A stretch of DNA of 59,253 nucleotides, counting the filler, from Circinaria calcarea (Eukaryota): assembly GCA_051942165.1 (NCBI GenBank). It is 9 parts of 9 records of this genome, joined end to end, with 100 filler letters (N's around TTAATTAATTAA, not from the genome) between each part and the next. Parts side by side here need not be neighbours in the genome. Positions count along the whole stretch, not along the records: positions 6,623 to 13,128 come from JAVECS010001566.1; positions 13,229 to 19,732 come from JAVECS010001567.1; positions 19,833 to 26,333 come from JAVECS010001568.1; 6 more parts are not named here. One strand, given 5' to 3'. Positions 11,482 through 24,209 of the stretch are shown piece by piece. Within the stretch, counting starts at the first letter, position 1. Each line of letters begins with the position of its first letter. The translations under genes and the position numbers were made by a program. The notes below the pieces were generated by a model. It made no database searches. It had not been told where the DNA came from and worked only from the letters and a program-made list of their open reading frames with translations.

Positions 11482-13116
11482 ATGCCTGTCTCTCACATCT
11501 GCCTGACAGTCTCTCATCTTCCTACTTCGTGCTCGTTCTATCTTGCAGCACTTTCACCATTAGGGTACAATTATATCGGCCAGCAGGATAATCAGGTGGG
11601 TTTTGGTATTGTTCAAGCCGATTTCTTTATTAGTCAAGCACCAGCAGGGTATGAATGATCAAATGACACTTTGTAACTTGCACTTCCGAGTTTTGCTAAA
11701 ATATCCTGCAGAGTCCAACCTGGAGCTGCACACATTGCCTTCTCAGCACAATCACGCAATGCCGTCGACGCCTTCTTCGGTGCAGCCCTGAAAGCCGGCG
11801 GCCGAGACAGCGGCGAGCCTACTGTACATGACTGGGCGACAGGATATTACAGTGCCACCATTCTCGATCTCGACAGCAATTCGGTCGAAGTTGTCTACCG
11901 TGACGTGGATCACTCCCGTAACGAGATACCTGCGAGCGTAGCGTCTGCTCGTCCTGAAGGTAGCCGTGTTCTGACCTGGCAAAAAGATGTGGCGAAAAGT
12001 ACCGTGAGTGACAACCGATCGACCGTCAGCAGAACCGCGTTGCGACCGATTGTCAACATCAGCAGCCCTACGGTTGTGGTCTCCCATCCCGCCCCAGAAC
12101 GCAAAGTCGGCGGGGATGTAAACTCGAAACAGCTCGTCGGCACTCTCCTTGGTGCTGCAGCGGGCGCAGCTCTGGCCTACGTCATGACCACCGGTGAAGC
12201 GCAGAGCGAACAAGCTCAACAACAGCAGCCTCAACAGACGAGTACCTCTATCGACATGCTCAAAACTGTCTTCCGCGCCATAGAAGCATCCCCCTTGAAC
12301 AAATCCTCCACTTCCACGGCCTCGGCCAAACCAAACCAACCACCTCCAGAATCCACATTCTCAGCGCAGCAATATCAACCCCCCTATGCATCCTCCAATG
12401 CGCCATCCACATTATCCCCCCGCAGCCAGCACGCGCCTTCGCAGCTCCTCGCCATCGAAGCTCCCCGCTCTCTCACCGCCCGCAGCACCCTCATCGACAC
12501 CTTTATCCCTCCTACCGAAATCCCCCGCTACACCTACCACCAAGTCCCGCAATCTCAATCACAAGCTCAATCTGCACGCCCCCATATCGCCCGCAGCAAT
12601 ACCGAAATCGGCCCCGGCCCAGCAGGTTCCCCATCCCGTCGCTCCCTCACCCGCTCGCACACCTCCTCCGCCGCGAAAACAATCACGCAAGCTGATTTCC
12701 CACCCAAGAGCACCCACTCACATTCCAATTCCGAAGCCGCATCATTGAAGCCCGACTCTGTCGTCGCCGGTAGTCGTCACGGCGGCAGCCACGTCTCCAA
12801 GCACTCTGTCGCGAAATCCCATCATACTGTCGTTGCTGCGGATATTCCGCTCCCGCCTACGGCGACGCCGTCGCTGTGCTCGGTGTCGCCCGAGGATAGC
12901 ATCTCGCAAGCGGGGTCGAGCCGGTCGAGAAGGTCGCATCATAGGAGTAAGCGTGAGGGGGGTGGGAGTAAGCATCAGGGGAGTCGAAGGACGAGCTCGA
13001 GGTTGGGTGAGGGGGAGGAGAGGACGGTGGTGAGTTTGCCGGTTAGGGAGAAAGAGGGAGGAAAGGGGAGAGAGGGGGGTTTGAGGAGTGTGGTTAGTCA
13101 GGTTCTGGGACTTTAG
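11482..13116 (+). CDS. VOC/glyoxalase-domain protein with glycine-zipper segment and long S/P/H-rich disordered tail (523 aa, 2 exons)
   Basis: Exon 11482-11648 (MPVSHICLTVSHLPTSCSFYLAALSPLGY) plus exon 11712-13116 (AHIAFSA..VDAFFGAALKAGG..GYYSATILDLDSNSVEVV). Intron GTATGA..CTGCAG; the splice joins in frame. Confidence 0.85.
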
Positions 13117-13128
13117 ATGACCAGGGAA

Positions 13129-13228
13129 NNNNNNNNNNNNNNNNNNNNNNNNNNNNNNNNNNNNNNNNNNNNTTAATTAATTAANNNNNNNNNNNNNNNN
13201 NNNNNNNNNNNNNNNNNNNNNNNNNNNN
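13129..13228. other. Artificial contig spacer
   Basis: N44-TTAATTAATTAA-N44. Confidence 0.99.
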
Positions 13229-14124
13229 GAGGAGGAGGGAGGGGGGTAGGGAAATAAAGAAATAGGTATAACCGGGGTTTTTTGCGATTGAAAAGAAACA
13301 GAAAGAACGGGGCTGCGAAAAACCCACCTCCGTCTTTTTCTTCCTTTCCTTTCCCCAAACAGAAAGCAAAGAGTATACAATTCCCCCCCCCGGCGTGCTG
13401 TTTCTGTTCCACGGTTGCATATTCCTTCCCACCAAATTGGAAAATGGAACGAACAGAATGGGATATGTGATGTGCTGTTTTTAACTTGTGGGGAAGGGAA
13501 AGGGAAAGGGTAGAGAAGGAGAAGAAAAAAAAGGAGACACGTACTACACGACGAAACAAAAAAAACCTTTTGTATTCCCCCCGGGCAACCGCTAACGGGA
13601 AATTCACGAAAGATGGTAATGAATGGGGTATTTGGAGGTGTGCTGGATGGGATGGGATGCGTTCCGGGATCTAGACAGTTTTCCCCGGTGGGAACAAAAC
13701 TGGACTGACTACTGGGACTGGGGGAACATACAATCTCGCTTACTGACTTACTGTTGTGGAAAGGAAGAAAAAGATTCGCATCGGGGGGGATTTGGAACTC
13801 CTTTATTTTAAATGGTTCATTCATTTCGGTATTTCTATCCGTGGACCAAGAAAACTCCCTGACCGAACGGAGTTGGAGCCCGAGTCCGAGTCGGAGACCT
13901 GATTATAGATACATGCTCTCCATTCCATACTCGCTTCCCAACCCCATATTCTCCAATATGCCCTCCTTGGAGATACCTTCCCCTCGTCAAAGTTGCTTGT
14001 GATAAAGTCTCTAGAGCATCCGTAGCTTTGCGCAAGGTATGCGCTTTCCAAAATGTATGCATGAAGCCAATCCACGTCCTCGACAGATCTTTCGTTTGTA
14101 TTGTATTGGCTGACATTATGAGTA

Positions 14125-17100
14125 TCATGACATCTCCTCACCGTCCACCCAAGCTCTCGCGACCTCCTTTGCCAAACCCAGTCTTAGGATTCTCAGCACA
14201 TCATTCCCCGTTGCCCCTTTTCCAATTCCAGTCCGCCAATCCCATCCTCTCTTCTCTTTCTCTACTTGCTCCCTCTCTTTTCCATTCCCGTTCCCATTCA
14301 TCACAGCAATATTTTCACCTTCAACATCATCCTCATCCAACATCGAACTTCCGACAAGAGAGAAACCGCTGCTGGCAGTTAACGAGCTAATGCTCTTTTT
14401 CAGAAGGTCCTTTGGTGGAGGAGCATGTTTTATGCCACGAGCTGCAGCGATGGTAGCTTGGAAGCAGTCTTCGCACAGAGAGTATATTCGTGATGTGACG
14501 GTTTGAAGGTCTTCTATCGCTTTCAGGAGGGAGAGGATCTGGGGGAGGGTGAGGATGCGCGTAGGTTCTGTGCCGGCGTTAGTATTACACGACTGCTAGT
14601 AGTCGTAGAGGTTACCTACGGTTCACAAACACCAGTGACTCGCCGAGCAAAGCCAGCAGACCGTCGACTTGGACTACAGCCCCTCTTTGCTCATCATAAA
14701 GCCCACCATGAATATTGTCCGCTGCACTTGCTATAACAGCCAACAAAGCAGTAGAAGCAGCTTTCTTCCGGGCGACGGGACGCAAGCTAGGCTTCTGGTT
14801 TGGTCCAATGTTGACTTCCTGATCTCGGAAATCGTAGAACTTACGAAGCGTAGCATAACCGCTAAGGTACTTTTTTAGGAGATTCGCGGCTGCATCATCG
14901 AGCTTGGCTAACGTTGTGAGACTTTCGCGAGGTGAAGATACAAGATCTCGTAGGTGTGAATCAAGTTTCGGGAGTGGAGGAAAGGCAATGGACTGGACGA
15001 GGGAAAGGGAGATGAGGAGGTCCAAGACGTCTTTGACCTTCTTGGCATTATGTGCTCGGGCGTAGTAGATAATGGCTGTTCCATATCTGTCAGTTTCATC
15101 GACTATGAAGTCGCCGTAACGCTGTCAGATGAATCAGCGCGAGCTCATCAAAGTAATGGAAGACTCGCACCTCTGCAATGTTAGACGCCTCTCTATCCAG
15201 ACCAAAAGCGCGGCAGATGCCAATCATCTTATCTGCCCGCTGATCCGAATGCAAGGACAACCTTCCCAAAAAGTCTCCAACCTGCCTATTGGCTAGACTA
15301 GTGTCATCGAGTCGAGCGAGTATCTCCATCGACAGTTCCCAACCTTCTTTAGAGACTCCAGACTGTTTATCCTTGAGGACATCTTTGGTAAACAGCATTT
15401 CTGCATATTCGACCAAAAGACCATCTCTAGTCAGGCCTTTCGCAGGCTGTCCATAGCTGAGAACTAGGAGATCACTCTCGTCAAAGCCATCCACAAGGCC
15501 TGTACCGGCTGCGGGTTCGAACCAGTTGCCCTGACTGGCGATTTCGATAATTGCAGTCGTGATGGGCATAGACCAGCTCCGTAGTAATTCAAGAACGCCT
15601 TCCACGTCACCTTCGAATATGGAGGCAAGGCCCACCTCAACCGGGTTTAGGGGGTTGATCTTGAATGGCTCTTCGTTAGAGTCACCTTTGGAGTCATCAG
15701 TGACCTTTTCAAAGGCGTATGCTAACCTTCGAAGATAGGCAGCACTGGGGTTCAAGTCTACGGAGCGTGAAACGTGGGCCTGCGAGTTTCTCAATGACTG
15801 TCGGGTCATCGCCAGATTACCAACAGCAATTTCTTCGTCATCACTGCCGCCCCACCATACGGTCAGTGCTATGGTTGCCTCAACCCAATCTTGTGCAAGA
15901 CTGACAATTTCGGCAGTTCCTCCTAATAGAATTCTATACACAACTCTGAGATTCTGGTAAACAGTCCATGGTACCCGGCTTTCTGCTCGCCGAGCGGAAC
16001 GACTCAAAGCTGTAGGTGTAGTTCGTATACCAAAGTTTTCGGCTTCGAATGTCGATCCAGTGAGGTCAAGGTCCCGATTACGTCCTTCAGCATACGACAT
16101 GAGGTCAGACAGTGCTTGTTCAACCCTCTTTCGAAAGATCCTCCAGTCACTACCTGTGACATCCCAATTACCCTCCTGCACTACAGGAGATGATTCGAGG
16201 AGTTCAATAGTAAGGTGCACCACATGAATAATGCTATCAAGTTGAGCGCCATGGTAGCCATCTCTTGATTGCCCATCTTCTCTTGCCGTCTTAGCGTGTC
16301 CAAAGTCCGCGTCCTTCAAAACCTGGATAACATCGGTAATCTTTCCCCGCATGGTCGAACAAAAAATGATATCCCAGAAATTCTTATGTGCAGTAGAGCC
16401 TGGATGATATGCATTCAGATCTTTTATAGCCGACCGGTATGGATCATGATGAGCCGCAAGCCAATCAAGCAGTATCTGCGGATAAGGTGCTAACTTTAGT
16501 GGTGCCTGTATTGAGTTGGAAGAGCTGGAACGGAAGGAAGCTCGACTAGGTCGAGACGCTGCAAATGCTTGGCGACCTTTGACGGCAGGTGGATGATGAA
16601 GGTCTAGTAGTAGGGTACCAAGAAAATTTGCCTTTTGTAATGGGCTTTCGTGTTCACGCGGACCAATGCCAATCATAGAGGCTCCTTCGCTGGGGGAGTC
16701 ATTCTTCTCTTCGTTGCAACAGAATTGCCAAAGCTTCTTCAATGCTGCCGGCACAGCAACAAGGGCCGCCTCAAGTAATTGTTCCTGCTCTTCATGACTC
16801 ATTTCGCTTTGATATAGCTGACTGACTGAAGCATCTGTTTCAATAATCAATTTATCCGGTTCGTTGAGATTGGGGGGGCCAATCTGTCTCGCAAAGTCTC
16901 TAACGAGGGTTGGAATCGCAGAGTTTTTCTTCTTAACCAGTTGTAAAGCATCTTGGCTGATCGGTTTCGGGGTGGTCGATGCACGTTCTTGGGGAACTTG
17001 TGGACTCCTTATATTATACAACGAGCGATCGTTCACTGAGGAGCCATGCTGTGCCCAATCATAGATACCAGAAGATCGGACACTTCCTTGCTGAGGACTT

Positions 17101-17654
17101 TCCATAGAACTTGGCTCTGGAAGTTGGTTCTCCGCATCAGAGTCAACCTCCATACTGCCTTCCTCTTCGTAGCTTTCATCCTGCTCGAAGTCCTCATCGT
17201 CTTCATCCATGTCCTCATCTGATCCGACTTCCGTCTCACTGTTAAAACTAGACTGTAAGCTACTGCTCGGCACTGCGAATGTATTGCCTCGACGTTCTAA
17301 ACCGGCTCTAGGACGTGGCGAGCTCTTGAAAGGAGAGGAGGAGGATTTGCGTGTTTGGACGGGCTTGAATGATGGAGCGTTGCGGCTACGCTGCGAACTC
17401 ATACCAGAACCAGGACGAGGGTTTGTCTGAAAAAGTGCCTTGCTTGGCTCTAACCGTGAACTGCCGAAGACTGACGACGGAGGTGGACCAGCGGGGGTGA
17501 ATGACCGTGCGGAAGAAGGGGGAGGTCCAGCAGGTGTAGTTGAAGGATTTGGAGCGAAGGTGGAAAAGGACGGCCTCTGGTTACTTCCATAACCAGGACG
17601 GCCACCTGGCGTAGATGGAGGGCTCGATGAAACGGGCATCGTGAAGGTAGACAT
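14125..17654 (-). CDS. NUP85: Nucleoporin Nup85 (fungal long form), 3 exons
   Basis: Low-complexity N-terminus (PSTTPAGPPP), then FWDIIF..RG, DWVEATIALTVWW, YYARAH and C-terminal RGWDWR..VLRILRLGLAKEVARAW. Introns near 15123-15171 and 14569-14620. Confidence 0.85.
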
Positions 17655-17857
17655 CTCGGGTTTATGCCGTCCTGCGGAGCTGTTGTAGTTTCAGATACGG
17701 AATGATTTGCAATTGCTAGCGACGTGATGCTGAATGAGTGTGTTGTTGTCTCTGAGAGACCAGTTTGAGGTTACAGCAACTGTTGTGCTCTGTAGAATGG
17801 CTTTGTCTTAAAGTCCACCTTCCGTGCTTCCCATACCATATCATAGTTGCCGGAAAC

Positions 17858-17866
17858 CGCGTCGCG
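17858..17866. promoter_or_regulatory. CGCGTCGCG MCB-like cell-cycle element in the NUP85/tinA divergent promoter
   Basis: Motif seen directly. The same core occurs upstream of SMC2 at 40371-40378. A forkhead-type TTGTTTAC lies at 17920-17927. Confidence 0.4.
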
Positions 17867-18009
17867 AAGCCTTATGACGAAATGCGTCAATGTGAGCAAT
17901 GAACTACCGTAGTCAACCATTGTTTACAACAGAATTGGCTCCCTTCCACTACGAACAGATATCCAAAAAAAAACTCACGCAACTACATGAAGAGTGCTGT
18001 CATATGAGA

Positions 18010-19732
18010 ATGGACTCTCAAAATCTGCGTTCGGAATCCCTCTACATCAATAATTTATTACTATCCAGGGGCCTTCTCCGCAATGGCACTCCAATTGAAT
18101 TCGCGGAGCCCTCCAAAGCTGAGGGTGGTACAGAGGCAACAATGCGTGATATCATAAACTTAGTCTATGATATGGTATTACGACGAGATGTGCGTAAGAT
18201 GGACTGGTAGCTTTCCTGACTGAAATATACACAATGCTAAGTCGAATGTCTGCAGCGCGAAACAGATACCCTGTCCACCCTCTCCGAGAACCTCCAGTCT
18301 TTGCGCGCAACTACCACGCAGCAGATTCAAACCATATCGCGCCTCGAGACCAAAGCTACCGAGCTTGACCGGCAACTTGCTATTGCTGTTGCACACGAGC
18401 GAACCGCAAAAGCTACACTGCGTAGTTCCGAGACGAAAAATCGTACACTGCGAGAGGAAATGGGGAAGCTCAAATTGACGGTCTCGCAGATAAGAGGGCA
18501 ATGCGCTAATGATATTCGGAAACGTGATGGCGAGATCAGCAAACTAAAAAGATACCTGGAAGGACGAAGAGGAAGAGACGGGACCGGGGGCCAAGTCGGT
18601 GTAGTTTTGGTAATGCCAGGAGTGAGCAGGAATGGAAAGGGGAGCACGATAGTGCATTCCGAAGCGGAGTTCGAAAGCCCGGATTACTCGCTGAAGCAGG
18701 ACACGACAAATTACCTAACGGAACTCTGTCAAAACTTGAGTAACGAGAATGATGCGCTGGCCACCTTGGTAAGAAATAGCCTAGCGACCCTGCGGGACCT
18801 CCAAGGATTATCTCCCGGCGTAGGGGATCATTCAGAAACAACCAATCCGCACGAAGGAATCATAGAAGACCCCAACGTCACGCTCACCATCGCCCCCTCC
18901 TACGAAACCCTAGCAGCAGACATGGTCCAAGTCCTCGAGCACCTCCGCGGCCTCCTCACAACCCCTTTCGCATCCATAGAAGAAGTCGAGATCCGCGACG
19001 AAGAGATCGTGCGCCTGCGAGAAGGCTGGGACAAAATGGAAGCGCGGTGGAGGGAGGCGGTAACACTGATGGCCAGCGGGCACAAACGAACGACGAAAAC
19101 GGGGGATACAATCAATCTCGAGGATCTGCGAAAAGGCCTTACTCTCGAAGCCGATGTACCGGTTGAAAGTATTGAAGGCGTAAACAGTGCTTCTAATCTC
19201 GAAACCTCCAACGCTGATGATCGATGCGACTCCAAGACCATCATCTTACCCATGGAAAGGTCAACCACCTCGCCATCTCCTCCCATAACCGACCTCCCTA
19301 TCCCTATCCTCAGGGAAAACCCCCTAGGCGCCGGTCTCTTCCCTGCCCCCTCAGCCCTAACGCTCACAACCGGCGACGCTCGACGCTTGCCCTTGAGCTC
19401 TCCGCGAAAGGCCTCCTTTCAATCCGCAGCCCATAATCCCGATAACACCCCCGAATCGGAATCGGAAACAGAACCGACAACAGAACCAGACCCATCCGAC
19501 GAGGCCACCCCCTCCCCGCTTAAATTTGCGGATCTTTGTCTCTTCGGAGAGGAGAAACAAGGAAAAGCACGAGCGGGAACGGAAGCGGGGGCTGTGAGGG
19601 ACAGGGGCGGAGTAGTCGAGGCTGGCGAGAGCGAGAGCGAGAGTGAGGGGAAGAGCGATTATGAAGGGACCGAGGGAAGTGGGAGGGGCATAGCGTACCA
19701 CCCTGCGCGAAGGCCTTATAAGCGGAGCAGTA
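18010..19732 (+). CDS. Afadin/alpha-actinin-binding (ADIP) coiled-coil protein, TinA/Msd1-like spindle-pole protein, 3' truncated
   Basis: MDSQNLRSESLYINNLLLSRGLLRNG..IINLVYDMVLRRD, coiled coil, CANDIRKRD, DYSLKQDTTNYLTELCQNLSNEN, LREGWDKMEARWREAV. Intron about 18190-18256. Confidence 0.82.
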
Positions 19733-19832
19733 NNNNNNNNNNNNNNNNNNNNNNNNNNNNNNNNNNNNNNNNNNNNTTAATTAATTAANNNNNNNNNNNN
19801 NNNNNNNNNNNNNNNNNNNNNNNNNNNNNNNN
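19733..19832. other. Artificial contig spacer
   Basis: N44-TTAATTAATTAA-N44. Confidence 0.99.
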
Positions 19833-20857
19833 CTCTGACACCGGTGACACTGGAATTGGGGGGAAAGAATCCAGCGATTATCACGAAGAATGCTGACGTC
19901 AGGCTAGCAGCGAGGAGGTTACTTTGGGGAAAATTTATGAATGCAGGCCAGGTTTGCATCAGTCAGAATTATACTCTCGTAGATGAAGAAGTTTTGCCAG
20001 GGTTCATCCAGGAATTGAAGGCAGCCATGAAGTCATTCTACCCGGACGGAGCGAAGGCGTCTCCAGACTATGGGCGAATCATAAATGAAAGACAATGGAG
20101 AAGATTAAAAAGTATGCTTGACAGCAGCAACGGTAAGATTTTAATAGGGGGCACGATGGACGAAAGTGATAGATTCCTGGAGCCAACCGTCGTCCAGGTC
20201 GACGATTCAACAGATACTTTGATCACCGCAGCAAGTTTTGGCCCCATTATTCCAATCATGCCAGTGAGGGATCTCGATCAAGCTATACGGATTGCCAATG
20301 AAGTCGATAGCACACCACTTGGGGTGTATCCCTTCGGTACCAAGAAGGAGACGGACCGCGTTCTGCGCGAGATCCGATCTGGAGGCGCTACCGTGAACGA
20401 CGCGTACTTCCATGGCTGCATACCGACACTTGCCTTTGGCGGCGTTGGGTCGTCTGGTTCAGGCTCGTATAGAGGCAGAGCCAGTTTCGATTGCTTCACG
20501 CACAGACGCAGCATAACTAAGACGCCCAGCTGGATGGAGAGTCTACTCGATGTTCGGTACCCGCCTTACCTGGGTAAGCTCAAGAAAATGCAAAAAATGA
20601 ATACCCTGTCGGCAAACTTCGACCGGGATGGGAAGGTGAAGGTTGGTCTCGTCGAGTATATCTTGACTCTGGGTACGGGTTCGGCGATGGGTGCTTCGAT
20701 AGGGTATGCAGCTATTTTACTCGGTGAAGCTACCTGGCCATTATTTTCTGCCATGGAATTGACATAACATGCTAATGTTATCTTAGCTGCGTTCCTGATG
20801 AGACAATACCTCGAGCAAAGATCTGAAACATCAGGTCGGACGAAATATGTGCCATAA
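19833..20857 (+). CDS. Aldehyde dehydrogenase, ALDH3/HFD1/CarD(Ylo-1)-like with C-terminal membrane anchor, 5' truncated
   Basis: LELGGKNP (general-base Glu), NAGQVC (catalytic Cys), FGGVGSSG and a hydrophobic C-terminus. Last intron about 20724-20786; TAA at 20855-20857. Confidence 0.9.
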
Positions 20858-21488
20858 CGGGGTCTAAGCATGCTCATGAATGGATGTTATTGAGTGGTAT
20901 TTTGGTATCTATGAGCTTCTATGATTTGCTGTACTATACTTAACTTTGCTGCTAGCGTGGCTTTCATTTTTAGATCTGATCTCTAATTAAGCGTGAGAGA
21001 TCGGTTTTGCTCCTGGCAGAAACTACCGTGAGGATTGTAGGGTTTCGACAATTCATTAAGGCACTTCCTCTGTTCAACTTCCTCATCTCTCCATATTTCC
21101 TTTCAGTTTGGCTTCCATGCTCGACTCGCGTTCCATTTCATAATTCTCTTACGTTCGGAATTGGGACTCGGTTTTGTAAGTGATTTCGTTGCGTGTTAGC
21201 TGGCTGAGTGGCTTTGAATGAAGACTCGCATTTGCAGTGTGTTCAACTGATAAGGTGAAGATAAGACTCTCTTTTTCATTCGCAATGGTCCCGGTTCAAT
21301 AGACCCTCTGCTGGATCGGATACTATTGGTTTTCACGTTCCGGGTAATAATAATACACCGCTGCCAACCGTACTCCCCAAAGCATCCTTATCCACGCTCG
21401 GTCTATCATCGTTCAACGTACTGCGATTGCTGAAACAACAAAATCCTCCCGATTCCTTTACTCCAGGAGACCCTCGCCTTTCCCTTTA

Positions 21489-22703
21489 TCAGAGCGACTC
21501 CAAAACTCTGATAGCACTCATGCTCAGGATCATGACCGTCGCATAAAGAATTGCCTGAGTTCCGCTGAGAAACAACGAGCTGGTAACCACGAAGGTGGCA
21601 TACAAGTAGACACCAACTGCTAACGCCTCAATGGTTGACTCAAACCAGTCCCAGCTAGTTTCGGTGCGCATTTTGATAGTGAGCATGAAATGCGGTTCCG
21701 AGACCTTATCTGGGGCATTAGGCAAGGGAGTAGTTGGATGCGTTACCGGCTTGGCGTAAGCCTTGCTCTTGGGTGCTTGTGAAAACGTCATTTCGAGTGC
21801 GCCGTCTGTGGAAACTTTGGCACGGGGAGTACGGTACGAAAGGAGTATAAGATCAAGCCGAGTTCGACGTACACCGGGTGAGTCTCCGCTGTATGTTATT
21901 TGGATGTTTTCAGCGAGAACATGAAGAAGTGCAATCGCGATTACTAGCCAGAGCAGGCAGGCCATCGGCCTATATCTCGGAGTTAGCTCTCGCATTTATA
22001 TAAGAGCATCTAGCCAACTTACCAGCAAATCAAAAGCCACGAGTATTCGCACCTCCAGGTTACGACTGTTTGAAGGCCAACAGCGACGTTGCGCCATATC
22101 ATAACGCCGGCCAACGCGAGGATAGCCGCATCAATCACCAACGTTCTGGCAATTTGAGAGCTCCCTCTCCGATTCGGTTTTCGCACAGGAATTAGCCATT
22201 GACGGGTTCGCGGATCGCTAGTCTTCTTGTCCGCAAGGTGTGGAAGGTGCATTTGAAGTTGCCGAAACAGTCCAGACGGGAGACCCACGCCGAACATGCA
22301 TGTTGCAGCAGCTCGATGAGGTGATATGAAGGCCAGCTGCACCAGATCAAGGGGTGCAGCCCCTACGGACGAAGAATTAGTCGACTCACGAAGATTACTG
22401 TGAGCTCCAGGGCCGCATACCGACTATCGCCAATATTGTTGGTACCAGCGAGGCAATGTTGGCTCCGCTCTGCATACCTGCCGCAACGTCCGATGGCAGA
22501 CCGTCCAGAACACAATTTATCAGCCGTGCACATTCGCCGAAGTTGAAGGTGCTATTGGGTTTAGAGGAGCACTCTTGGACGACAGCTTGTGTGCGAGCAT
22601 CACTGGCTAAGCCAATCGTGCGACTGACCGCACCGACAGGTACAGAGAAGAGAGTTAGGACGCCAAAGGGTGAGTACGGGTACAAAGAAGGTAAAGATTT
22701 CAT
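21489..22703 (-). CDS. Uncharacterised multi-pass membrane protein with Cys-containing N-terminal region, 3 exons
   Basis: ORFs 22395-22703, 22019-22342 and 21489-21995 can be joined by GT-AG introns (..LVPTILAIVG|AAPLDLVQLAFISPHRA..VTWRCEY..YLYATFVVTSSLFLSG). Several hydrophobic segments. Confidence 0.7.
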
Positions 22704-24209
22704 GCTGGGAATACTATGTCAAGTGTTCTTAAAGGTAGGCACGCACTTTGTTAGAAATCAATGGTGCTGGCAATATCAACGTCAAGGATGCTGGAGTGCT
22801 TGGATTGTGTCTGAAGATCCACACTGATCTAACAATACGGCTGGAAGAACAGTAACGCTTGCTGTTTCTAGCCAAAAGATTGTCTTATCTGAGCGACTTT
22901 TATCTCGAACATGTCTCCCACAGGAGGATATTTGTAATCACCACGATCCCGTCCATCAAAGCCATACCGAGAGAATACTACCACATACCACTCACCAGGC
23001 CTATCCCAAACTTAGGAGATTGCTCAGCCAACGTGGATGGCAGGGATGAAAGCCCGAGGAGTCAAGAGCCCCGGCTGTGGTAAGAGGTTCCGACTGACGG
23101 AGTAATGGCGAACACGCCGCAGCAAGTCTGTCATCTTCCAACACAAATCGTACTGTCGGTTGGTATGACGAAGGGTATTTCTATAATACTATGGTCTCCA
23201 GGGTACAAGGTATTAGCTGTCAACGCTACGCTAGTAGATCAACGCCTAATGTAGTTAGAACCTCGTTACTCACCAATAAGATCAGTAAGTTACCGAAAAC
23301 TTTAGTGGCTTTCGCGTGGCATTGACAGCTAATACCCGGGAGACCAAAGTACAGCACGTGCAGCGTTGAAGTTGTGATGTCGGGAGAGGATTCCGGGAGT
23401 TTCTGCAGAGTGAAACTGATGAAGCCACCAACGTGTCAAGGTGAAGGATGAAGGTAAAAGGTAAAAGGTAAAATCAACAACGGCCAAGGTTACCGTACTC
23501 CATCCGAGCGAAAAGGAGTGTCGTCGACCGTAACATGGTACTCGGATCTCTTGGCGCCCAACGGGATCTTCTGCACGCGGTGCTGCGATTGAATCTTACA
23601 TAAGGACTTTATCTTTGTAACAATGAGGCGCAAAGGCGTTGAGGACCACACCTGGACTACTGCAACTGAAGAATTCCAAGTGGCTAAACGACTTTTCGAT
23701 ACGAGGTTGCCTGTGCCTGTGCCTGTGCCCGTTCACAATGGCTTGCTTATCTTTCAGCTCGGTTGCTACAGGCCGTTTCTTTCCACGCTGGTGCGCTGTT
23801 TGGGAAATTGCCGCCAAGGTTGTCTGGATTAAAAACCCAATCTCCTCAAATCTCCTCCGTACAGCCTACGCTATTTGCCGGGCAACAGTACCCGGCACAG
23901 CCATCCACAACCAATCAGGTCGCACGAATCCCAAGTCTTGATCTCTACCCGGGTGTGCGCAGCTAAAAACTCTCGGGGATATCCCCTACTCCGTAGGCAT
24001 GAGTTCCTGCATAACGTTGAAGCCTAGTCATACGCCGCGCTGGGGGGGGGGCTGGTGGCAAAGGCTTTGCGGAGTACCTCGAGAATGTTACTCTCCTCCC
24101 CTTTGCTTGGGTTCTACTTTGTTCGCCAGTGAAATGTGCAGAGAAAGATTCGGCATGACACAAGAGCAGCTATTCGTTTGCTCTGACCCTTCTGTTACGG
24201 CCAAAAGCC

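Noticed and set aside
13229..13850. ORFs of 144-215 aa on the minus strand at the start of contig 3
   Set aside because: Homopolymer-rich, garbled-looking sequence at a contig end gives F/P-biased translations. This is likely low-quality or non-coding sequence.
14385..14405. Suspected frameshift near the NUP85 C-terminus
   Set aside because: A recount shows five T at 14396-14400, so the frame continues LLKKSISS to the stop at 14125.
18010..19732. Functional clustering of the ADIP (alpha-actinin-binding domain) gene with alpha-actinin at 57120
   Set aside because: They are on different contigs, so co-occurrence in the window is a result of length sorting.
23450..23730. Short repeats (AAGGTAA)x3 and (GCCTGT)x3; also (GTGCTT)n near 53095-53140
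   Set aside because: Ordinary microsatellites with no further structure.
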